Shown piece by piece: positions 1 to 13,831 of a stretch of 64,000 nt of DNA. The notes beneath the pieces are model-generated. The model worked only from the letters and a program-made list of their open reading frames with translations. It was not told where the DNA came from and did no database searches. The position numbers and the translations under genes were made by a program. Each line of letters opens with the position of its first letter. Position 1 is the first letter of the stretch. Origin of the DNA: Octopus vulgaris (lineage: Eukaryota); NCBI GenBank assembly GCA_951406725.2, contig OX597820.1, positions 57,660,001-57,724,000 of the forward strand, in the 5' to 3' direction.

Positions 1-102
1 CTGTAAAACTTTCCAGAAGTTTATCAAATATATGTGAGCATGTCTAGATATGCAACTCTATGTATACATGAGAATACAATACATAAAATATACAAATCTG
101 CA

Positions 103-128
103 CATACATACATACATACATACATACA

Positions 129-164
<36 letters not shown>

Positions 165-242
165 TATATATACACAGACATAAACATCTCTGTGTATACA
201 TACACGCACAAACACACGTGCTTTCATACATACACACGTAGA

Positions 243-303
<61 letters not shown>

Positions 304-539
304 ATGTATATATAATATAATATAAATGATATATAAATATATGCGTATATACATACACATATGTACATACCTACATATATATGTATATATGCATGCATAT
401 ATGGGTACAAAAAACGTTATGTATGTGTATATATATATATATATATACATATATATATACGTATGTATATATCTATATCTATATATATGTATGTATGTAT
501 ATACATTTCAATACACATATACATACATACACACGTATA

Positions 540-602
<63 letters not shown>
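103..602. repeat. Compound microsatellite (TACA)n/(TA)n/(TG)n
   Basis: Directly visible simple repeats; source of the YI/CV/HT-rich ORFs. Confidence 0.95.
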
Positions 603-606
<4 letters not shown>

Positions 607-945
607 GTGCATATGCGCATAGACAGATGCATGTGTGTGCGTTTGTATTAATTTGCTCTTTCAGGATGAATTCTGTTTCCTTTCTGTAGAAAGATTCAGT
701 CAACTCTTTTTTTTTTACATATTTTTATCATAGACTTGAGTGTGTGATGTGCATTAAGTTTAACTAACCGGAGGCAATTGGCCCCTTTTGGGAGGAATTT
801 CCACTCCCAAGAGTAATACTTTTCATTCGAGAAAGGAACTAGAGAGGAATTCACAACTTATGCAAAATATTTTAATTCCTATGCTGGGGTTAAATTATTG
901 AGGTGCCGGTCACGTAAGCACGCACACACATATACATACTTACAT

Positions 946-1130
<185 letters not shown>

Positions 1131-1139
1131 CTTATATAC

Positions 1140-1290
1140 CAAAACTAATAAATTCTTGTTTTAGTGAAAATATTTGAAAACTTTTCGTTGGAAATTTAAA
1201 ACATCTTAAAAACTCTTTCCCCAAATTTATTTATAGAGAAAACACCACGCGTTTCCAAAAGGTGATTGAGTGTTGAAAGCCTTTAAATAT
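1140..1290 (-). mobile_element. Degenerate Penelope-like element fragment
   Basis: Minus-strand translation [20 protein letters not shown] resembles the PLE linker motif (NIGKxFLxxxxxHFP) also seen at 35550-35630. Confidence 0.4.
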
Positions 1291-1581
1291 AAATCTCCAT
1301 AACCTCAGTCAAGTTTATATTTCCTTCTAATGATTGTTTTTAAAGAATAATTTACACAAACGCGCGGTAGCGCACACACTCATGAGGTGTGTATATGTAT
1401 AAATATATTCGTATGTATACGTATATGTATATGTGTGTGGTGTGAATATATATATAAATTAATAATAGAAGGGTAAAATTTATTAATTAAATTGATTAAT
1501 TAATTAATCAATTAATTAACAATTCTACCTAGTAGATCCGTACGTTAAAATAACCTTTATAGGTAAAATTATCCACATAAT

Positions 1582-1830
<249 letters not shown>

Positions 1831-1959
1831 CATGTGTGTGTGTGTGTGCGCGCGCATCTATGAATTGTCTAAATTATGCAAAAATGAAAATAGCACTGAT
1901 ATCCCATTTTGACAGATATATTTACCAAAATTAGAGTGAATTTATTCAATAAAATCGCC

Positions 1960-2344
1960 AGGAGTGGCTGTGTGGTAAGTAGCTTGCTAACCAACCACAT
2001 GGTTCCGAGTTCAGTCCCACTCCGTGGCATCTTGGGCAAATGTCTTCTGCTATAGCCCCGGGCCGACCAATGCCTTGTGAGTGGACTTGGTAGACGGAAA
2101 CTGAAAGAAGCCTGTCGTATATATGTATGTGTGTGTGTCTGTGTTTGTCCCCCTAGCATTGCTTGACAACTGATACTGGTGTGTTTACGTCCCCGTCACT
2201 TAACGGTTCGGCAAAAAAAAAGACCGATAAAATAAGTACTGGGCTTACAAAGAATAAGTCCCGGGCTCGATTTGCTCGGCTAAAGGCGGTGCTCCAGCAT
2301 GGCCGCAGTCAAATGACTGAAACAAGTAAAAGAGTAAAAGAGTA
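1960..2344 (+). mobile_element. tRNA-derived SINE family A (CORE-like centre, internal microsatellite), full length
   Basis: Head tggctgtgtggtaag..ggttccgagttcagtccc (A/B box-like), cttgggcaaatgtcttc centre, tail ggcggtgctccagcatggccgcagtcaaatgactgaaacaagtaaaagag; repeated many times in the window. Confidence 0.9.
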
Positions 2345-2351
2345 TATGCTA

Positions 2352-2812
2352 CGACCACGGACCCCAGACGACTTCAGAATCTCCTGCAACTCTTCTGGAA
2401 AGTCTTCTTGTTTAAGTTGGTGAATGCTGCCATAATCGTTGACTTCAGTTCATCTTTGGTGTTACAAGGAGTTTTGTTGGTCACTCGCTCAACTGCTCTC
2501 CCCACATCAAGGGGGTTGCTGTCTCAGGATTTAGGTGATCAGATGTTAGGGGTGATGTGGTAGCAGAAATTGTCTAAAAGTCATGACTGGGTTCTCCTGC
2601 TTGTGTGGTATGGTGCAGAATCCTGTTGCCTGACATAGAGTCTTCCAGTAGCCACCCTCTTGACCCAGGGCAGCAATATCTCCTGCAGGCATTTGATACA
2701 GGCCTCTATGTTGAGTGTGAGACCGTGTTGGAAGATGAACCGTGTTGGAGGCGTAACGTCGCTATCACTAGCGATCACTTCAAACACCATGATGTTGACT
2801 GGATGTTTGATT
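2352..2812 (-). pseudogene. Tc1/mariner (maT/DD37D-like) transposase C-terminal relic
   Basis: HPVNIMVFEVIASD...LLPWVKRVA..YVRQQDSAPYHTSRRTQ, followed by degenerate W.P.S.D.NPLD and TKDELK; contains stops and frameshifts. Confidence 0.85.
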
Positions 2813-3330
2813 TTAGAAGAAACCTTCTCAAGGTGCCACGCCGTGGGAAAGAACCCGGAACCACGTGGTTGATAGAGAAGCAAGCTTCTGACCACACCGA
2901 CTGGACTACTGCTCTCAGCTATGGTAACCTTATATGGTCCAATTGTCAATCTAATAATTTCCAAGAATGCTGAAATAAAACTACGAAGGCAATTTAAATT
3001 CAGTTTCAATGCAATAGGATTGTAAAAACCATTGATTTTATGCAGTTTTCTATAAGTGCAATGGCATACGAGCGAAATTAACCTGTTTCACTTCAATTTT
3101 CGCAATTAGCATCGCAGCATACAGCTAAAGATTTTGAGAAGATTTGCATTGTTTCAATGGACATTCGTTAAATTTGTTATAATTACGGAATAAAAAATAT
3201 TTTACTATGATATTTTTTTCTAAATTTTTAATTAAACGTTCAAAATTAATTATACTTCATTTTGTTTCGTCGGAATAAAGTATGTTATTTTTATGAATTT
3301 CTTAATGTTTAATCTGACAATTGTTATTTA

Positions 3331-3590
3331 GGCGCTTGTGTGGCACTGTGATTGAGAAGTTTTCTTGTCAAGTACGTGATCTCGGGTGCGTCCCACTGCG
3401 TAACATTTGGATACAAGTCTTCTACAACAGCACTGAGCCGAAAGGGATTTGGTAGACGAAAACTGAAAGAAGCTACTCGCGCGTGCGTGTGTGCGTATGT
3501 GTACATTTGTCTCGGTATCCTGTGGTGATTGTAAACGAGCATCACCATCATACAAGCGATGTTGTTCATTTCCAGTCTTCCAAGAGACAG
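3331..3590 (+). mobile_element. SINE A-related copy with a different tail
   Basis: Shares ggatttggtagacgaaaactgaaagaagc with family A; diverged head and tail. Confidence 0.7.
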
Positions 3591-3700
3591 ATTGGAATAA
3601 ACTATCACTTGCGATTGTTTTGTTATGAGTATAAATTTTTTTTAATGAAATTACTAAGTCTGTGTAGATTTTATTTTCCGTACCTGTTAACGATATATAC

Positions 3701-3779
<79 letters not shown>

Positions 3780-3818
3780 GTATATAAATATGTGTGTATG
3801 TGTATGCATGTGTGTGCA

Positions 3819-3849
<31 letters not shown>

Positions 3850-4128
3850 AGGCGCATGATTCAGTGGTTAGAGTGTCGAGCTCAAGATCGTGAGGTCGTG
3901 AGTTCGAATCCCGGACCGGGCTGCGTGTTGTGTTCTTGAGCAAGATATTTTATTTCACGTTGTTCCAGTTCACTCAGCTGTAGAAATGAGTTGCGATGTC
4001 ACTGGTGTCAAGCTGTATCGGCATTTGCCTTTCCCTTGGATAACACTGGTGGCGTAGAGAGTGGAGGCCAGTATGCATGGGCGACTGCTGGTCTTCCATA
4101 AAGAACTTTACCCGGACTATGCCTTAGA
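3850..4128 (+). mobile_element. tRNA-derived SINE family C
   Basis: ggcgcatgattcagtggttagagtg..gagttcgaatcccgg head (clear A/B boxes), ttcttgagcaaga centre; related copies at 28532-28863 and 44412-44769 (minus). Confidence 0.85.
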
Positions 4129-4562
4129 CGATTCGTGTCCAAGTTAGGAAATATATGTAGTCCTCTTTGAACACTCGTAGCTGATCAAAAAAGCAGTTTG
4201 ATGCTAGTCTCAGGTAGTGGCAGTTATTGTGGGAGAATATCTTAACACAAGGAATGCGGCGGGTAAAAATGAAACTTGATGTTTTGAATACAATATAAGT
4301 CAAATTTTTACAAAACGATTTTGCTTTTGATTAGACGCAGACGATTCTTAAAAAAAAAATACCCCAAACGGTGTAATTAATGAAATACCTTGTCACTAAC
4401 CTTTGCCTGTTTTTGACGTAAGGATCTCTTATTTCACACATAGTTGAAAGTGCAAAGCCAGTAGATTTGTTGACAGGAGAAATGACAACCGTACCAGTTG
4501 AAGCTAGTGATTTTCAAAAAACAAATATAAACAAACTAACACACACACACATATACACACAT

Positions 4563-4612
<50 letters not shown>

Positions 4613-6189
4613 GATCGTGCTGGATTAGATGTTTCATTAGTCAAAGTTGTATTGTACTGGGAGCCACTACTCCCAGACTGGTACTTATACTTAGAAAAAG
4701 CGTGGGCTAAAACTACGCGCCTTCACTAGTCAGTTAAGGTCAGACAGTGTCACGTGACAACTTGCTAGGGTTGCTTGCTGGAGCCTAGTAATTAAAGGGA
4801 GAACTTTGACAAGACAGTCAGTCACCGGCTGACACTCGCTGACGATATATCGAAGAGGCCAGGGAACAGAAGAAAGAAGAAGAAAGAAGACACGCACCTA
4901 ACACCAGAGCTGAAGACACCTCCGAAAGGAGGAGCCCCGCCACGTCAAAACGGTAGAGGAGTAGGGGCCGGAACCGGACGTGGTTACTCCTGATGATGTC
5001 TTGAGCTAACTTGATCCTATAAAGGAGCTATTGTGGTAGCAGACCACAAAACACGGTTGTAATTCCTACCTGGCTTGGTTTCTATAGCTTGATACCCTTC
5101 TTATTGCCAACAACTTTACAGGGTGTTCTGGGTGAATATTCTCATGGCTCCAACACTAGAGAGTTTGAATAGTCCTCAGCAAGATAGGAGTATAGAGACC
5201 TCTCAGCCTTATGTTTTCTCTCCTTGCTTTCCAACCACTTTTCAGTGTGCACAGAGTACATTTTCTATGGTACCAGCACTAGTGAGGTTGTCGTGCTCAT
5301 CGGTTTCTCCAGAGGTAGCATAATTTGGTGGCTTTCCATTGTGGCACAAGCACAGGGGGGAGTGGGAAGGTACTTTCAAATATAGGAAATGTAAAGTACT
5401 CAATAGCCTAAGATGTGTGGACCAAAGAGGAGAGAAGGATTAAAAGAAAGAGTGATAAGGTGACTAAAGGGGGATTAAGAGTGACATCGATGACATCAGA
5501 TGGGTGAAAATTAGTGGACGTAAGGAGTAGGAGTACAATTTAAAAGGTGTAGTCAGGAGACGAGTGATTGGCAGTAGCAGAGGTGGATAATTGTAAGAGT
5601 GGATGATGAGATAAAGGTAAGAACAGATTATGAATGGCAACAGAATTGGTCCAGAGAAGGGAGTGCTAGTTGGTAATACAGAATGGCATAGCTATAGTAT
5701 ATAGGATAGAAAGATGTGGATGATCTGATGCAATCTCTTATATATAAGCCTATGAAGAGCAAGGGAGTCAAAGTAACAGAAGTGACCCAGAGTGGAAAGA
5801 TTAATGGTTGGTAGTATAAAAGGGCAAAAGTTTAAAAGAACTAGATAGAGGGATGAGGGTGTGCCAATGCAGACTCTTATAGAAAGGCCTATGAAAGATG
5901 AAAGAGTCAAGGTGATAATGATGAGTGATGAAGATGATCAGCACAGGGTGGGGTAGGGTGGAGAGACATGAGATGGGGTGTTATGAGTGAGAAGGGTGGA
6001 CAAGTGTTATAAGAGAGGGAAGGACATGGAGAGACTGAAGAGAGGGAGCAGGGCAGTAGACTACAGGTGTAGCAGGGTAGAAAAGTCTCAGCCTCTAAAC
6101 ACTGCTTTCCTGTCAGGAAACATTGTGCTATGAATGTTTAGGTTTTCTCCAGCACTACATATCTTCAATCAGCTCAGTGCTTTGTCATA

Positions 6190-6430
6190 TGCCTCATTAA
6201 ATGCATCACCTTAAGATTGGTTTTCACTCCTTCAGCCCACTCTTCCTTGGTCTCCATCTTCCACAGATTGCATTTACTTCAACACTTCTTTATTCAGCAG
6301 TCATCCTTCACACACATCACATATTCATACCGGTATGATCTTCTCTCTTGCACACTACACCTGATTTGGCTTCATTTCTTTCTAGCCTCCATGTGTCTTC
6401 TGTGTTTAAGGCTCATGTCTCACTCCTCCG
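6190..6430 (-). mobile_element. RTE-clade LINE 3' fragment, internally deleted
   Basis: Minus translation SET*ALNTEDTWRLERNEA..IRCSVQERR..CGRWRPRK matches the RTE C-terminal motifs (SETW..RLERNE, RLRWYGH, GRPRK). Confidence 0.7.
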
Positions 6431-7055
6431 TGGAGGAGTCAAAGCTTAGGATTCATCAAACCCTTATGAGTAGATTTGGTAGATGGAAACCAAAAGATGC
6501 CTTTCGTTTATGTATATGTACATATCTATGTGTGTGTGTGTGTGTGTGTCTTAGTATCTGTCTTTGTCCTCCACCACTGCTTGACAACTAGTACTTAAGT
6601 CTCCGTAACTTAGCGATTCGGCAAATAAGGGGAACAAATAAAACATAAAACAAAAACCTTATGCTGATGGGCCCTTTCCTTTTTCGCATTGTAACTTCGC
6701 TTTTTGTTATTTAATTCTGCATCACAAAGCTTCAAGCAAACTGCAACGAGAAAATCGGGGTCGCAGAGTCTGACCCCTCGTCTCACGTATCTTTGGAGAT
6801 GTTATGAAATCAACACAGTAGGTAATATAATATATATCAATTAATTACGTAATGTTATTCAAGTAATATCTAGCTATTCAGGCGGATAAATACCAATATA
6901 CGTACATGCATACATACATACCTACATATATGTATGCATGCGAGTGTGTATGCATGCATGAGTATTGTATGTATGTATGTATGTATATATGTATGTATGT
7001 GCATACATATAATAGTTAGGCAGATACATATACGTACATTTTTATACATAGGTAT

Positions 7056-7113
<58 letters not shown>

Positions 7114-7559
7114 TATGTGTCTGTGTGTATGTGTGTGTATTTTTCCTTTGTGCATATATATATATATATATATATGGCTATAGATATATAGATATAGATA
7201 TATACATACATACATGCATACATACATACATAAACGTACGTACACACACACACACGGAAAGTATATATACCAAATATTTAAACAGCCGGAAATCGAGAAA
7301 AATTTAGCAGAAGCATGTTCTGTACACCTACGTCATGTAATTTCCTGGCATCTTCTCCCCGTATAAATTCGTCCCCTAAATCTTAGAATTACCAAAAGTG
7401 CTAGTTGCCTCAACTGAAAGGAAATCTAACCGTGATTCAGAGAAATTCCAAAGATGTAAAAAAGATTGCAATACCATCTTGAAAAATCTACATACCACTA
7501 TATATATATATGTGTGTGTGTGTTGTGTGTTGTGTGTATGTATGTGGTATATGTGTGTG

Positions 7560-7644
<85 letters not shown>

Positions 7645-7849
7645 GCATACGTACACACACACATTCAAACACAGATATATATATACATATATATACAGAT
7701 ATATTTGGAAGCAATATATCTGTTGAGGGATTGATAACTGAGCAATTGTGGCTGAAATGAAGGAAGAAATGAATGAAATAGAAAGAGGCGGAAAGGAAAA
7801 AGATGGAGGGAGACGTGAAAAAGTGTTATGCAATAACTGGTACAGAAGA

Positions 7850-7883
<34 letters not shown>

Positions 7884-7979
7884 GTTATTATTATTATTTT
7901 TATTATTATTATTAACTGGCCCCTTCCCCGAAATTTCAGGCTTTGTGCTTATTGTAGAAAGGATTAGTAATTATTATTA

Positions 7980-8200
7980 GGTTGGCGAGCTGGCAGAATT
8001 GTTAGCAAGCCGGGCGAAATGCTTAGCGGTCTTTCGTCTGCCGCTACGTTCTAAGTTCAAATTCCGCTGAGGTCGACTTCACCTTTCATGTTTTCGGAGT
8101 CGATTAAATAAGTAACAACCACGCACTGGGGTCGATGTAATCGATTTACCCCTTCCCCGCAAATTTCAGGTCTTGTACCTATAATAGAAGGGATTATTAT
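7980..8200 (+). mobile_element. Meta-domain SINE family B with (TTA)n tail
   Basis: ggcgagctggcagaattgttagc head, gtcgacttcacctttcatg..gtcgattaaataagta Meta-like core, tail ..tagaagggattattatt. Confidence 0.85.
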
Positions 8201-8211
8201 TATCATTATTG

Positions 8212-8956
8212 TTTTTTTTTTCCTTCTTCAAATTTTCTTCCATTTCTCGCCGAGTGTTTTCCGTACACCTAGGGCAGAGAAGCTCATTGTATGCATTCGC
8301 AGATTACACACGCAAATTCACAGGTAAAATATGTATTAAAAAGAAAACAAAGTAAATTCATGAATGGATTTTGTTTTCACAGCGATAATGCTCTTCTCAG
8401 TACATGAGTCGTTCCAGTTAACACGATTTTTTGACTTCCTGTAGGGATGGTAAGTCTGGTATCATTTTCAAATTGGTTTTAGTACCTTTTTTATCATTCC
8501 TAGAAATCCCACAATCACTGGTACTGTAGCCGCTTTGAAATGCCACATTTTTTCAGTTTCTATTAGCAAGTCTTTATATTTACTGATCTTTTCAAATTCT
8601 TTTGCCGCTATATTGTGATCGCAAGGAATACTCATGTCAATTAATAAACACACCTTTTGGTCTAATCTTTTATAATAACATCCGGTTTATTAGCTTTTAT
8701 AGTTTTGTCGGTATGTAGGGTGAAGTCCCATAGAATCGACACATTTTCTCCCTCAGTCACAGCTTCAGGATGGTGTTTATACCATTTGTCAGCGGTTTTG
8801 ATTTCATAATGCTGTCATATTGTCCAGTGTAAATACTGGCCGACTCTGTTATGTCTTGCTTTATACTCTACAGATGCTAAGACTCTACACCCTGAGATTA
8901 GGTGGTCTATAGTTTCAATCTCATCATTACAGAATCGGCATTTGAGGTCAGCTCCC

Positions 8957-8958
<2 letters not shown>
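8212..8958 (-). mobile_element. 5'-truncated R4/Dong-like non-LTR retrotransposon (CCHC knuckle, restriction-like endonuclease, 3'UTR)
   Basis: KCRFCNDEIETIDHLISGC (CCHC), RHNRV, ILWDF..D..IKANKPDVII..CLLIDMSIP (PD-D RLE); short A tail; (TTA)n on both sides. Confidence 0.9.
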
Positions 8959-9017
<59 letters not shown>

Positions 9018-10252
9018 GAGAGAGACAAGAATTAAACCAAATAGACTAGTAACGTCTGAGAGTGAAGTGTAAAGAAGAAATTGTGAGAAAATTTGAAAAT
9101 AAAATTGAAGAAAGTAAGGGAGAAGAAGAAGGAGGTACAGATACATGGATTGTACCCGAAAAGTATTTTGAAAATTTATCATAATTTCGCCCAGCATAAC
9201 ACGTCTGGATATGATATTAAGCTGCAACTGGTAGCGAGGCTCTAGTTCGGGAGTTCTGGAGTCACCCCTTAATTATCATTGCTCCCAGGTCCGTTCTGAT
9301 CTGGAACGGTAGTACCTATTAGGGTCCCATCAATGGGTTAAATAAATTTTTGTAAGGGTTGCTTGAACTCCTTAGTTGCGTTGAAACCAACCCACATCAA
9401 AGATCAAAGACCTAAAATTACAGCGTTCCAGTTTTGACCATCACATTTTTTCCATATGTATACTAGGAGTTATATTATCAAAGAGTTTCTTTACTTATGA
9501 TCATGAAGTTTGAAAATAATTTGGCTGCCTTATTTAGCAGATCGAGCGACTGCATGTTGGGTCATCTGCGTTATATCTGGACGACGCCTGTTCAGAGGCT
9601 GGTAATTAATACAATTTCATTATCATCAACATCCTCTTCCGTTTCCACAAGGGATTGTCCACGACAGCGTAAGAGATTTTGCACACTCACCACTAGCCAA
9701 TCCGCTTTTGTTATTGGTCTCTATCAGCGCCAAGATCAGAAATATTTGTTGAATCTAATATTGCATTTGGCTACATCATCATTAACTTGTAAAAATCTCT
9801 TTGAAAACGATAAGAATGAGGAGTGGAATAGAGATTGCTAAGTCTGCCACATGAAAACTGCGTTGCTGGTATACTAAAAGTATGAAGCCAGAATGCTTTC
9901 TTTCATTCATTAGAATTATATTCTCAGTGACCAGAGAACTCCTTATCGCAAAAGATTAATTCTGAACAAGGCGTAACAACAGTTTGGCGCCCCATTCTAT
10001 CGTCTTTGCTTCTTCATAACTTTCTGAAAAATTCATATTTCAAAAATATGATTTTGCGGAGATACATTTTCAAAGGCGCAGATAACAGTTATGCTGATAA
10101 AGTTTAGAAAGAAAAATTACTTTTTAGGATTTGCGGATCATTCTTCCATCTCCGACTTCGTTACCACAAATTTCCGTAACTTTGGTTTTTTTTTTGGTTT
10201 TTTTTTTTCGGCTTTATATGTTTGAAACATCCTCATTATGTAACCTGCATTC

Positions 10253-10660
10253 TGTGGCCGTGTAGTAAGAAGCATGCTTCCCAACCACATAGTTCCGGGT
10301 TCAATCCGATTGCGTGTCACTTTGGGCAAGTGTCTTCTACTATAGCCTCAAGCCAACTAAAGCCTTGCAAGTTGATTTAGTAGACGGAAACTGAAAGAAG
10401 TCCCTTGTGTGTGTGTGTGTGTGTGTGTGCGTGTGTGTGTGTGTGTGCGTTTGTGTGTGTTTGTGTCTGTGTTTGTTCCACCACCACTGCTTGACAACCG
10501 GTGTTGGTGAGTTTGTGTGCCCATAACTTAGCGGCCTATCGAATAAGTACCAGGCTTGTCAAAGTAAGTACTGGAGTCGATTCATTCGACTAAGGCTTCA
10601 AGGCGGTGCTGCAGCATGGTCACAGTCTAATGACTGAAATATGTAAAGGATAAAAGATGA
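10253..10660 (+). mobile_element. SINE family A
   Basis: Same head, centre and tail as 1960-2344. Confidence 0.88.
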
Positions 10661-10789
10661 AAAAGAGGCTAAATGTAACTTAAAAGTAAACGTTTTAAAG
10701 AGGATTGTGAGAGAACAAATTTGGGAGGGATACGTTAGGTACGAAATTCTTTTTAAAAAAGGGGGTATTTTTTTTTATAGTATGCTCTT

Positions 10790-10981
10790 TTCTTTACTCT
10801 TTTACTCGTTTCAGTCATTTGACTGTGGCCATGCTGGAGCACCACCTTTAGTCGAGCAAATCGATCCCAGGACTTATTCTTTGTAAGCCTAGTACTTATT
10901 CTATCGGTTTCTTTTTGCCGAACCGCTAAGTTACGGAGACGTAAGCACACCAGCATCGGTTGTCAAGCGATGTTCGGGGGA

Positions 10982-11033
<52 letters not shown>

Positions 11034-11130
11034 CATATATATATAGGATGAGCTTCTTTCAGTTTCCGTCTACCAAATCCACTCACAAAGCTTTGGTCGG
11101 CCCGAGGCTATAATATGTCATGCAGTGGGA
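10790..11130 (-). mobile_element. SINE family A (5' truncated)
   Basis: Reverse complement of the family A tail and centre. Confidence 0.88.
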
Positions 11131-11450
11131 CATAAAGAAATTCATTTTCATTGTGTAAGACGGTGGATTGGTTGAGTCGGAGCATCGAACAGAATGTCTC
11201 GTGCTATTTGTTCCGGCTCCCTGCATTCTGAGTTCAAATCTCATCGAGCTCGGCTTCACTTGACATCCTTTCGGAATCGATATATAAAGTACCAGTCTGG
11301 TTCTTCCTTATTTCTCCCCACTTCTCTCTCTCTCTCTCTCTTAAATTTTGCTGAAATTCAAGGTGCTTCCTTGTCACGTACGTTTACCCTGCTTCTTACA
11401 CGTTAATGTCACGAGTAAGAAGTCCATTGATCGAACAGCAGATGATCGAA

Positions 11451-11610
11451 CAGTAACATGGCTTGGAAAGGAATGGCAGTCCGCCTCGAGTGACGCTTTT
11501 ATGGGCGCGGCACTTTCAGGTCTGCTGTATAAGCCTGTATAGAGGAGGGGAATAGAAGACGGCAAACACAAAAACTGCATAGGGCGGTACACACTGTAGC
11601 TATGTCTCTG
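11451..11610. mobile_element. hAT-like MITE
   Basis: Imperfect TIR cagtaacatggct / agctatgtctctg; 8-bp flanks tgatcgaa / taatcgaa (7/8 match); internal similarity to 32533-32714. Confidence 0.6.
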
Positions 11611-11918
11611 TAATCGAATAAGCATCGTCGATAGCGACGGAAGATCCATCAACATCTAATGGATACACGAACTTTTTTTTTTTTCTTTTGGCTCTTTTCG
11701 GCTGTAGGTCGTGATTTGAACACCAGTTGGATTGTTTTTTTTTTTTTTTTGTTTTTTTTGTCTTCTAACAGGTCATGCGATGTCATTACACGTAGTAGGG
11801 TCTGTTTGCTCGACACTTTAAAACTGCCCTGGTGATCACCGCTGTAGTTGGTATAGCAACGGGGACTGTTGTTAGTCTCTGGTGGCTTCAATGAGACAAA
11901 GAAAGAAACCTGAATACC

Positions 11919-11960
11919 TATTTCTTTATTACCCACAAGGGGCTAAACACAGAGGGGACA
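11919..11960 (-). mobile_element. 42-bp 5'-truncated insertion of the SINE B tail with 13-bp TSD
   Basis: tatttctttattacccacaaggggctaaacacagaggggaca flanked by aaacctgaatacc at 11906-11918 and 11961-11973. Confidence 0.85.
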
Positions 11961-12077
11961 AAACCTGAATACCGACGGTCGCGACTGTGTCCCTCTGTCC
12001 GCTGCGATAATTAGTGACAAATATTTCGATGGTGTATTTAATTATTGATGAGTAAGGATGTTTAAAGGACACACACA

Positions 12078-12113
<36 letters not shown>

Positions 12114-12315
12114 CCACCGACACCATTGCCAACTTCATATATAAATAATGAGAATATAAGTTAACCGGCAACATCCGGTATTTATGAATGTATGTGGGTG
12201 TATTCACGTACACTTACATACATATACGTATATGCATGCACATGTGTGTATATATATATACATGCATATATGCAAGTATATATATATATATACAGAGAGA
12301 GAGAGAGAGAGAGAT

Positions 12316-12369
<54 letters not shown>

Positions 12370-12444
12370 TACGTGTATACGTATGTGTGCGTGTTATGCA
12401 AATTTTCTATAATTAGCCTCTTCTGTTTAGAATCAACCTTACAA

Positions 12445-12495
<51 letters not shown>

Positions 12496-12652
12496 TTGAT
12501 ACTTATGTGTGTATATAGGTGTATGCGATATAATTGCATGTATAATTGTAGGTGTATGCATATATTTATAGTAGCCATATATAGAATCACATTTGATAAA
12601 TGAGTATCATATGTAGATTTATATATACATATGTGTATGTGAATGTATCTAA

Positions 12653-12691
<39 letters not shown>

Positions 12692-13608
12692 AGGACGTGT
12701 GTTAAAAATGTCAGAGAACGGAATGGAAGGAAATTGAGGGCAAAAGAAATATAAGTTAGAGTAAGGGGAAGGGGAGAAATATTGGTCCTGCGAAGTAAGG
12801 TTTATACGTTAACATAATCCCTTAATTCGTTCCTTGCCAGAAGAAAACGAACCAAAGCCACTTGCGACCTAAGCATTGAATCACATACATTTTGTCTATT
12901 TCACAGGCCTCTATTTAGTCTCCCTTGTACCTCTCTCTCTTTCTCTTTCTCCCCCCCCTCTCTCTCAACTCATCCTAGTTCTTCTTATCGTTTTTCTTTT
13001 CTATCAAGTAATCTATCACTTTTTCTCTTGGCTTCACCCACCATCACTCTTTCCGTCTTCCCCTCCTCTACTTCACCGTTTAGTTGACATTTTGACCGCG
13101 GTATCGCTGAGAGGAGATTTTTGTGGATATGAAAAATTGGTAGGTTGGAATTTCCTGTTTCTGAAACGCAACAGACAAGTTTCAGCTTGCCTGCATGCAC
13201 ACATACGTACGTACATACATACGTACGTACATACATACATACATACATACATACATACATACATACATACATACATACATACATACATACATACCAGCGT
13301 ACATACCAGCGTACATACATGAATACTTACGGTCATACATACAAACATGCGGACATGCATACCAACAAACATGCATTCATACATACACATATATATCCAT
13401 ATATGTACACATACATGCAAACATATAAACGCAATCATACATGCATACATAGACACATACATACAATCATACACACAATCATACACACATACATATAAAC
13501 AAAACCCCTTCTGTCTGTCTGTTTGTCTTCTGTCTCCGTCTGTCTGTGTCTCTCTCTCTGTCTCTCTCTCTCTCTCATTCACTCTGTTTCTGTCTCTGTC
13601 TCTCTGTT

Positions 13609-13660
<52 letters not shown>

Positions 13661-13767
13661 AGTTCGACAAAAAACATTTCGTTTCGCCCGAAGGCACCTT
13701 CTAGATATATGTGTGTGTATATGTGTAATTGTGTGTGCCTGAGAGTGTGCATGAGTGTGTGTGCGCA

Positions 13768-13802
<35 letters not shown>

Positions 13803-13831
13803 AAGAGCGTGTGTTAGCGAATGTGAATGTA

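Noticed and set aside
3850-3925. tRNA gene
   Set aside because: A/B boxes are present but run directly into a SINE body, with no clean acceptor stem or terminator; the same holds for the other SINE heads
5400-6100. Purine-rich segment possibly from a Penelope/GIY-YIG element
   Set aside because: Too degenerate to recover diagnostic motifs by eye
9497-9841. 114-aa ORF in non-microsatellite sequence
   Set aside because: No recognisable domain; it begins in a repeat-like fragment and has no supporting splice or codon signal
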